A stretch of 64,000 nt of DNA from Chthoniobacterales bacterium (GTDB lineage Bacteria > Verrucomicrobiota > Verrucomicrobiia > Chthoniobacterales > Chthoniobacteraceae). A program made the translations under genes and the position numbers. How positions within the stretch are numbered: the first letter of the stretch is position 1; every line of letters begins with the position of its first letter. Below are positions 57,098 through 64,000 of this stretch, one piece after another. The stretch covers positions 32,001 to 96,000 of the forward strand of contig JBBQZX010000019.1 of NCBI GenBank assembly GCA_038207335.1. The letters run 5' to 3'. The notes below the pieces were generated by a model. That model had not been told where the DNA came from. It saw nothing but the letters and a program-made list of their open reading frames with translations, and did no database searches.

Positions 57098-60000
57098 CTA
57101 CGGGACGCTGATCGTGTAGATGGCTTGGGCGCCGTCGGTGAAATAGACGCGGGCAGCAACGGTGCCGTCGGCGGCGAAGCTGCGGCGCGTGCCGGCGCTG
57201 CCGCTGCTCGCGGCCAGCGTGACGAAGCTCTTCACCGGCGTGCCGCCGAGCGGGTCGCCTTCTTGTAGAAGCTTGCGCAGCGTGCCGGTGCCAGTCATGG
57301 CCCAGAGGCCGGTGTTGCTGGTGGCGAGGATGCCGCCGGGGCCGTTTGCGCCGCTTGCGCCGGTCACGAGTTTCGCCACGAAGAGCGGGCCCTTGTCGCT
57401 GGCGGCGAGCGATGTGAACGATTTCCACTGCGCTCCGACGGCGCTCTCCGGCGGCTGCGCGCCTTCCTGCGCGAGCAGGGCGAGCGCGGTGGAGGCGTTC
57501 TGCCACCAGATGCCGGTGTCGCTTGTGGCGGTGACGCTGCCGCCTTTGGCCTGCCCGAGGAACGCGAAGATCTGGCCGTCCGGCGAGAGGACGGGGTCCT
57601 TTAAGGCATTGAACGCGGCGTCGGTGCCGGGGGCGGGCTCGCCGCGCTTAATGCTGCTAGCGGTGCCGGTGGTGGGCATGAAAAAGAGGCGCTTGGCATC
57701 GCTGGCGAGCACGCCGCCGAGGTTCGGCGTCAGGTTCGCGAGGAAGGCGATTGCGCCGCCTGCGGTATCGGGATTGGCGGGCGAGCCAAAGGTTTTCCAC
57801 GTCGCATCCGGCACGCCGGGCACGGTCGGCTCGGTGCTGGCGAACACCTTGCTCGCGCCGCTTTCATCGGTATCCACGAGCGCCTGCGTCTTATCCACGA
57901 AGGCGACTTGGAACGTCGCCGTCGCGCCGCCCCACTGGCCGCGGCCCTGCGCGGGCGTGCCGCCGGAAGTCTTCAACAGGCGGAAGCTCTTCACCGCGCT
58001 CGTGCTGACGCCCCCCAGCGTGCTGCCCTCGCGCGCGATCGCAGTCACCGTGCCGGTGCTCGCCTTCCAACGCCACGCGCCCGTGTCGTCCGTGCGCGTC
58101 ACGCCGCCCGGCCCCGCCGCGCCCGCCGCGCCGATGCGCAGGCTGCCGGTGAAGACGACCCACACGTCGCTGCCGCCGAACTGGATGTTCGAGGTGGATG
58201 CCACGGTCTCGACCACCGTGCTGGCGGAACTGATCGACGCCGACGCGATGCTCCTGAGCTGCGAGCCCTCGGGCGTGCCGGGCAGCGTCGCATTCTCGCG
58301 CGCCACGAGCCGCACCGTGCCGCCCGCATTGGAAAAGAGCGCGATGTCGTCATTTGTGGTCGCGCCGCCGAGCTTCGCGAGGAAGGCGATGCTGCCATCC
58401 GCCGCGATCACCGGGTCCTTGAACGCCTTGAACGTAACGCCCGCCAGCGGCGAACCGGTCGCATCCGGCGCGGCATCGCCCGTCTTCGCGATTGCCCGCG
58501 TCGGCGTACCTGCGAAGAGCCCCGCACCGGAGCCTGTCGGGCTCTTCCACTTCGCGAGAAAAGCCAGCGTCTCCGCGTCATTGATCGCCGGCACTCCGAA
58601 GCCCGCGAACACCGCGCCATCCGGCGGCCCGCCCGCCGTCCCCGCGCCGGGCACCGTGCCGCCTTTCTCAAAGCGCCTTGTCGCCTCCGGGTTCAGCGTC
58701 ACCGTCCACGACGCCACCGCGGGCGTCGCATCCGTATTCCCCGCCGCATCCTTCGCGCGGACTTCGTAAACGTGCGCGCCCTGCGCCAGCCCGTTCAGAA
58801 CCACCGGGCTCGTCACCGGCCCAAACTCCTCCCCATCCAGCCGCCCCTCGAAAGTCAGACTCCCCGCCGCCGTCACATCATCGCTTCCCGTGAACGCAAT
58901 CGTCGCCGAATCACTATTCACCGTCCCCGACGGCCCGCTCGTGATCGTCGTCTCCGGCGCCGTCATATCCGGCGGCGCCATCGTCGTGAAAGTCGCGACG
59001 CTCGTGTAGCTCGTCCCCACCGAGTTCGTCGCATACGCCTTGAATGAATACCCGCTGCTCGCATCCAACCCGCCCACCGCCACCGTGAAGCTCCCCGTCG
59101 TCCCCGCCGCCGTCGCCGACATCACCCCGCTCCCGCCGAGCACCGGGTCCGCATTCCCCGAAGTCAGCGCATACACCAGGCCCCGCGCCGTGATCGCCGC
59201 TCCGCCGTCGCTGGTCACATTCCCCCCGAGCGTTGCCCCCGCATCCGTCACGCCGGTGAAGGTCGGCGTCGTCACCGTCGGCGCAGTTGGTGCAGTGTAA
59301 GAGACGAGCTTGGCCGCACTCGGGACACCATTGGCGAAGACTGTCGCCAGCGCGTAGCCCTCACGCAGCGCTGCGGCGGGCGTTGAGGTGAAGGACGTTG
59401 CGGATGCAGACGCCGAGGCATCCCGAGAAAGAAAGACGCTCTGCTCGTTGTTCAGCCAGCGCAGTTGCACCACGGGGTAGTTTGTTGGCGAATCGTTCGT
59501 GCCGCCTACGGACGCGCCGGAAATGCCGTTGAAGCCACTGCCAGTCAGCACAAGCCGCCCGTTCGAATCGAACGAGGAGGCGGTAACCTGCGGTTGCGTG
59601 GCCGGTGAGAAGCCAAGTCCCACGTTGTAGAGTTCCGCGCTCGCGAGATCGCTACTGCCATAAAAGCCCCCGGCGACGAGCACTTTGCCGTCGAGCAGCA
59701 GCGCCGCTGCTTGAACGAAGCGTGCGTTCGCAAGGTTGCCGGTTGCGGTCCACGTCCCGTTTGCCGGATCGTAGAGTTCAGCACTCATCGTTACGCCGCT
59801 GTTCCCGGCTCCGCCGGCGACGAGCACTTTGCCGTTAGGCAGCAGCGTCGCCGTGTGATTTCCACGCGCCGTGGAGAGACTGGCGGTCGCAGTCCACTTC
59901 CCGCTCGCCGGATCGTAGAGCTCTGCGCTCGTGACAACCACGCTGGTCCCGACTCCCCCAGCGACGAGCACCTTGCCGTTGGGCAGCAGTGTTGCCGTGT

Positions 60001-61720
60001 GATAGCCGCGCGCCGTGGAGAGGCTGGCGGTCACCGTCCACGTCCCGGTCGCCGGGTCGTAAAGTTCCGCACCCGTGAGCGCACCGTTATTTATTCCCCC
60101 GGCGACGAGCACCTTGCCATTAGGCAGTAGAGTTGCCGTGTGACCGTAGCGCGCCGCGGCGAGGCTGCCGGTCGTCGTCCACGTCCCGGCCGCCGGATCG
60201 TAGAGTTCCGCGCTGGCGGCATTGCCGCCAGTCTGTCCCGCGGCGGCGAGCACCTTGCCGTTCGCCAGTAGCGTCGCCGTGTAATAGTTGCGAGCCGTCG
60301 ATAGGCTGCCGGTCGCAGTCCATGTTCCATTACCCGGGTCGTAGATCTCTGAGCTCGTAAGAGGTCCAGTGGATCCAGAGCCTCCACTAACGAGCACCTT
60401 GCCGTTGGGAAGGAGCGTCGCCTTGTGAGAATTTCGTTCCGTGGCAAGGCTGCCGGTCGCAGTCCACGTCCCGCTTACTGGATTGAAAAGCTCAGCGCTC
60501 GCGAGATCGCTGGTTCCAAAGCGACCCGCAGCGACGAGCACCTTGCCGTTGGGCAGGAGCGTCGCCGTGGGATACGAACGCGCCGCGGCGAGGCTGGCGG
60601 TGGGGGCGAAAGTCCCGGTCGCCGAGTCGTAGAGCTGCCCGGTCGCTAGAGCGCCGCTCGTTCCATAACCACCCGCAACCAGCACCTTTCCGCTCGGCAA
60701 CAGCGTTGCCGTCTGCTGCGCGCGTCCGGCCGCGAGGCTGCCCGTCACCGCCCACAGTCCGCTCGCCGCGTCGTAGATCTCCGCGCCTGGGACAGTGCCG
60801 TTCGCATTAGCGCCTCCCGCGACGAGCACCTTGCCATTGGGAAGCAGTGTCGCCGAGTGAGTATAGCGCGCCCCGGTCGAGAGGCTTGCGGTCGCAGCCC
60901 ATGTCCCCGTTGCAGGGTTGAAGATTTCAGCGGTCGCGGTTGCGCCAAAGCCCGCGTCATTCCCTCCACCGGCGACGAGCACCAGCCCATTGGGGAGCAA
61001 CGTCGCGGTGTGTGAATAGCGTGCGGTCACGAGGCTCCCGGTCGCTGACCACGACCCGGTTGCCGGATCGTACATCTCTGCGGTCCGGAGAGGCCCACCG
61101 TTGCCTCCCGCCGCGACGAACACCTTGCCACTCGGCAGCAGCGTAGCAGTGTGCCTCGTCCGCTGCGCGGAAAGGTTGCCGGTGGCGCTCCAAGTCCCCG
61201 TAGCCGGATCATAGAGGCTCGCTGTTTGGAAAACGTTGGACCCGTTAAAGCCCCCGGCCACCAGCACCTTGCCGTTGGGCAGCAGCGTCGCTGTATGATC
61301 AAAGCGCGCACCCGGCAGGCTGCCGGTCGCCGACCACGTCCCGGTCGCCGGATCGTACAGTTCCGAGCTCGCGAGACCGCCACCGCTCCCTATTCCCCCG
61401 GCGACCAGTACCTTGCCGTTCGGCAGCAGCGTCGCCGTATGGTGGTCGCGGGCTGTGAGCAGGCCGCCGGTCGTCGTCCAGGTTCCGAGCGCAGGATCGT
61501 AGGTCTGCGCGGTTGCCAAATAGGAGCCGCCGAGAACCCCGCCAGCGACGAGCACCTTGCCGTTCGGTAAAAGCGTGCCTGTATGCAACTGCCGCGCACT
61601 CGCCATGCTGCCGGTATTGGCGAAGGTATTCGGTGCCTGTGCCCACGCGGGTGACGTAGCGTCGAACAGGGTGAGCGTGACGGTGGCAGCTGCGAGGAGC
61701 AGGCGCGCGGGGATTTTCAT
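57098..61720 (-). CDS. Secreted Kelch-repeat protein (14 repeats) with FN3/Ig domains and C-terminal NxxGxxAF-like repeats
   Basis: Signal peptide; 14 copies of the R..HTATLLPNGKVLVAGG...AELYDP..GTW consensus; GGNVTSDGG FN3-like; APETTITSGP Ig-like; PAINDAETLAF / PVIAADGSIAF repeats. Confidence 0.9.
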   Translation of the reverse strand: MKIPARLLLAAATVTLTLFDATSPAWAQAPNTFANTGSMASARQLHTGTLLPNGKVLVAGGVLGGSYLATAQTYDPALGTWTTTGGLLTARDHHTATLLPNGKVLVAGGIGSGGGLASSELYDPATGTWSATGSLPGARFDHTATLLPNGKVLVAGGFNGSNVFQTASLYDPATGTWSATGNLSAQRTRHTATLLPSGKVFVAAGGNGGPLRTAEMYDPATGSWSATGSLVTARYSHTATLLPNGLVLVAGGGNDAGFGATATAEIFNPATGTWAATASLSTGARYTHSATLLPNGKVLVAGGANANGTVPGAEIYDAASGLWAVTGSLAAGRAQQTATLLPSGKVLVAGGYGTSGALATGQLYDSATGTFAPTASLAAARSYPTATLLPNGKVLVAAGRFGTSDLASAELFNPVSGTWTATGSLATERNSHKATLLPNGKVLVSGGSGSTGPLTSSEIYDPGNGTWTATGSLSTARNYYTATLLANGKVLAAAGQTGGNAASAELYDPAAGTWTTTGSLAAARYGHTATLLPNGKVLVAGGINNGALTGAELYDPATGTWTVTASLSTARGYHTATLLPNGKVLVAGGVGTSVVVTSAELYDPASGKWTATASLSTARGNHTATLLPNGKVLVAGGAGNSGVTMSAELYDPANGTWTATGNLANARFVQAAALLLDGKVLVAGGFYGSSDLASAELYNVGLGFSPATQPQVTASSFDSNGRLVLTGSGFNGISGASVGGTNDSPTNYPVVQLRWLNNEQSVFLSRDASASASATSFTSTPAAALREGYALATVFANGVPSAAKLVSYTAPTAPTVTTPTFTGVTDAGATLGGNVTSDGGAAITARGLVYALTSGNADPVLGGSGVMSATAAGTTGSFTVAVGGLDASSGYSFKAYATNSVGTSYTSVATFTTMAPPDMTAPETTITSGPSGTVNSDSATIAFTGSDDVTAAGSLTFEGRLDGEEFGPVTSPVVLNGLAQGAHVYEVRAKDAAGNTDATPAVASWTVTLNPEATRRFEKGGTVPGAGTAGGPPDGAVFAGFGVPAINDAETLAFLAKWKSPTGSGAGLFAGTPTRAIAKTGDAAPDATGSPLAGVTFKAFKDPVIAADGSIAFLAKLGGATTNDDIALFSNAGGTVRLVARENATLPGTPEGSQLRSIASASISSASTVVETVASTSNIQFGGSDVWVVFTGSLRIGAAGAAGPGGVTRTDDTGAWRWKASTGTVTAIAREGSTLGGVSTSAVKSFRLLKTSGGTPAQGRGQWGGATATFQVAFVDKTQALVDTDESGASKVFASTEPTVPGVPDATWKTFGSPANPDTAGGAIAFLANLTPNLGGVLASDAKRLFFMPTTGTASSIKRGEPAPGTDAAFNALKDPVLSPDGQIFAFLGQAKGGSVTATSDTGIWWQNASTALALLAQEGAQPPESAVGAQWKSFTSLAASDKGPLFVAKLVTGASGANGPGGILATSNTGLWAMTGTGTLRKLLQEGDPLGGTPVKSFVTLAASSGSAGTRRSFAADGTVAARVYFTDGAQAIYTISVP

Positions 61721-61987
61721 GCGGAGGGAAATAGGGGAGCGGTGAGGGAGACGATGCGAGTCGAGGAAGTCGGACCGGTGGTTGTGAAACCGGCGCGGAG
61801 GGAAGCAGCGAAACGGGGCATGTCAAGCCACCGGTGCCGTCCAACTCACCGCCGACGAAGGCTCGCCCTACCCGCGGGCATTCAGTGACTCAGCGCGCGC
61901 ATCCGCGAGCGGCAGCCGCCGCCTCCGCCCCCCGTGTCGAAGCCAAAATCGGAACGTTCGCGAACCGCCCTTCCGCGGGGGTATCCT

Positions 61988-62008
61988 CAAGCCGGAGGCT
62001 TGCGGTAC
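61988..62008. repeat. REP-like short palindrome
   Basis: CAAGCC-GGA-GGCTTG followed by CGGTAC; single copy in the window. Confidence 0.35.
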
Positions 62009-62084
62009 ACAGGCTTTAAATACACAACCCGTCAGACACCGCGCCTTGACCTGCCCCGGTTTTGGCCGAACGCTTTGCATCGCC

Positions 62085-63563
62085 ATGCACCCCTTCATCG
62101 AAAACGAGATCAACCTCACGCGGCGGCAGTTTTTTGGGCAGACCGGGCTGCGGCTCGGCGGCGTCGCGCTGGCACAGTTGCTCGGGGAAAAGGCGTTCGC
62201 CGCATCGACTTCACTCGCGACTCCTGCGCTACGCGTGCATCCCGCACTGCCGGGGTTTCCAAATTTCGCGCCAAAGGCCAAGCGGCTCATCTACCTGCAC
62301 ATGAACGGCGCGCCGTCGCAGCTCGATCTCTTCGATCACAAGCCCGGTCTCGCGGAGCACTTCGACCAGGATTTGCCGGACTCGATCCGCGGGGGGCAGC
62401 GTCTAACGGGGATGTCGTCGGGGCAGAAACGCTTTCCGGTCGCGCCGTCGAAATTCAAGTTTGCGCAGCACGGGAACAGTGGGCGCTGGATCAGTGAGCT
62501 GCTTCCGCACACGGCGGAGATCGTGGACGAAATCGCGGTCATCAAGAGCGTCCACACGCACGCGATCAATCATGACCCGGGGTGCACGTTCCTTTTCACC
62601 GGCGCGGAAATCCCCGGCAAGCCGAGCCTCGGCTCGTGGCTCTCTTACGGGCTGGGCAGTGAGTCGAACGATCTGCCGGCGTTCGTGGCGCTCACGGCGA
62701 AGTATCCCGAGACTTCCGACGGGCAGGCGCTCTTCACGCGGATGTGGAGCAGCGGATTCCTGCCAGGTATCCACAACGGCGTGGCCTTTCGCAGCGGCGC
62801 GGACCCGGTGCTGTTTTTGGAAAATCCCAACGGCGTGCAGCGCGAGGATCGCCGTGCGTTGCTGAATGCCCTCAGCGACCTCAATCAGCGGCAGGCCGAG
62901 CGTTTCGGCGACCCGGAGACGCTGACTCGCATCGCGCAATACGAGATGGCATTTCGGATGCAGGCCAGCGTCCCTGACCTCGCGGACTTCAAAAAAGAAG
63001 ACGCCGCGACGCTCGAAATGTACGGCCCGGATGTCGAGCGCCCCGGCTCTTTCACCCAAAGCTGCCTGCTCGCCCGCCGCCTCGCCGAGCGCGGCGTGCG
63101 CTGCGTGCAAGTCATGCATCGCGGCTGGGATTCGCACTCGAATCTCCCGACCAATCTCGGCAACCAAACGCGCGACACCGATCGCGGCTGCGCGGCGCTT
63201 ATCAAGGACCTCAAGCAGCGCGGTCTGCTCGACGACACGCTCGTCATCTGGGGCGGCGAATTTGGCCGCACCGTCTATTCGCAAGGCACGCTGACGAAGG
63301 ACAACTACGGACGCGACCATCACCCGCGGAACTTCTGCATGTGGATGGCCGGCGGCGGAATCAAGCCCGGCATCAGCTACGGCGAGACCGACGATTTTTC
63401 CTACAACATCGTCGAAAACCCCGTCCACCTGAACGACATCAACGCCACGATCCTGCACTGCCTCGGCATCGATCACTCGCGCTTCACCTACAAATTCCAA
63501 GGCCTCGACCAGCGCCTCACCGGCGTGGAGCCTGCGGAAGTCGTGAAGGGGATTTTGCTGTAA
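62085..63563 (+). CDS. DUF1501 family protein (Tat signal)
   Basis: [49 protein letters not shown]. Start ATG 62085. Confidence 0.94.
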   Translation: MHPFIENEINLTRRQFFGQTGLRLGGVALAQLLGEKAFAASTSLATPALRVHPALPGFPNFAPKAKRLIYLHMNGAPSQLDLFDHKPGLAEHFDQDLPDSIRGGQRLTGMSSGQKRFPVAPSKFKFAQHGNSGRWISELLPHTAEIVDEIAVIKSVHTHAINHDPGCTFLFTGAEIPGKPSLGSWLSYGLGSESNDLPAFVALTAKYPETSDGQALFTRMWSSGFLPGIHNGVAFRSGADPVLFLENPNGVQREDRRALLNALSDLNQRQAERFGDPETLTRIAQYEMAFRMQASVPDLADFKKEDAATLEMYGPDVERPGSFTQSCLLARRLAERGVRCVQVMHRGWDSHSNLPTNLGNQTRDTDRGCAALIKDLKQRGLLDDTLVIWGGEFGRTVYSQGTLTKDNYGRDHHPRNFCMWMAGGGIKPGISYGETDDFSYNIVENPVHLNDINATILHCLGIDHSRFTYKFQGLDQRLTGVEPAEVVKGILL

Positions 63564-63679
63564 CCGGGATCGGCGATCCGAGCCGGAACAGCGGGCGGAA
63601 TTCTTGTGTCCTTTTCGTGTCGCCTCGTTCGTCTTTGAATTAGCGAGGCCAACCGCCTCCCATCAAAACCATCGAACCC

Positions 63680-64000
63680 ATGACCACACAAAACCACTAC
63701 CCGCCCATCTCCTCCTACCTCGCCGTCAACGATGCCGCGAAGGCCATCGAGTTCTACAAGTCCGCTTTCGGCGCGACGGAAATCTACCGCCTTTCGGACT
63801 CCGCGTCCGGTCGCATCGGCCACGCGGAACTGGCGCTCAATGGCAGCATGATCATGCTTTCCGATGAGTTCCCGGGTTACTCGAAATCCCCGCAAACGCT
63901 CGGCGGCACCGCGGTGCGATTTTGCCTCATGGTGGAAGATGCGGACGCCGCGTTCGACCGCGCAGTGGCCTCCGGCGCGACCGTCCTGCGGCCGCTGACC
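63680..64000 (+). CDS. VOC/glyoxalase (PhnB-like) protein, truncated by window edge
   Basis: Own translation: MTTQNHYPPISSYLAVNDAAKAIEFYKSAFGA...IGHAEL..NGSMIMLSDEFP...DADAAFDRAVASGA. Confidence 0.9.
   Translation, partial: MTTQNHYPPISSYLAVNDAAKAIEFYKSAFGATEIYRLSDSASGRIGHAELALNGSMIMLSDEFPGYSKSPQTLGGTAVRFCLMVEDADAAFDRAVASGATVLRPLT

Noticed and set aside
59620..61620. ~140-bp periodic repeats as a CRISPR array or DGR
   Set aside because: They are in-frame, degenerate Kelch coding repeats; no cas genes, reverse transcriptase or template repeat in the window.

Overview
GC-rich bacterial DNA whose gene content points to the PVC superphylum, most likely Verrucomicrobiota (inferred from three DUF1549/DUF1553 genes, two Tat-exported DUF1501 genes, a PVC-type heme protein, a sulfatase and large secreted modular proteins). 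About 45 genes are present. Housekeeping genes include tig, clpP, icd, rsmI, lptE, bamD, fcl, deoB, zwf, opcA and rlmN. Accessory genes include glycan-use and secreted proteins, a ynbA/ynbB/plsC-like lipid cassette, a PAS-kinase/NarL pair and two ECF sigma loci. I found no rRNA, tRNA, CRISPR array, transposase or integrase. The best candidate for an undescribed system is at 2.5-5.0 kb: a SigK-like ECF sigma converges on a soluble protein that fuses a zinc-free RskA/ChrR-type anti-sigma domain to a Cys-less LOV-like PAS domain, flanked by a fasciclin gene and a small membrane protein with matching ECF-type promoter motifs. Also notable are kilobase-scale G-rich and C-rich strand-skew patches that ignore gene direction, a mosaic 14-repeat Kelch protein with hypervariable loops, a stand-alone ALDH16-like half protein, near-leaderless promoters and a 1-nt frameshift in the first gene. 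All family calls come from motif recognition by eye; no database searches were run.
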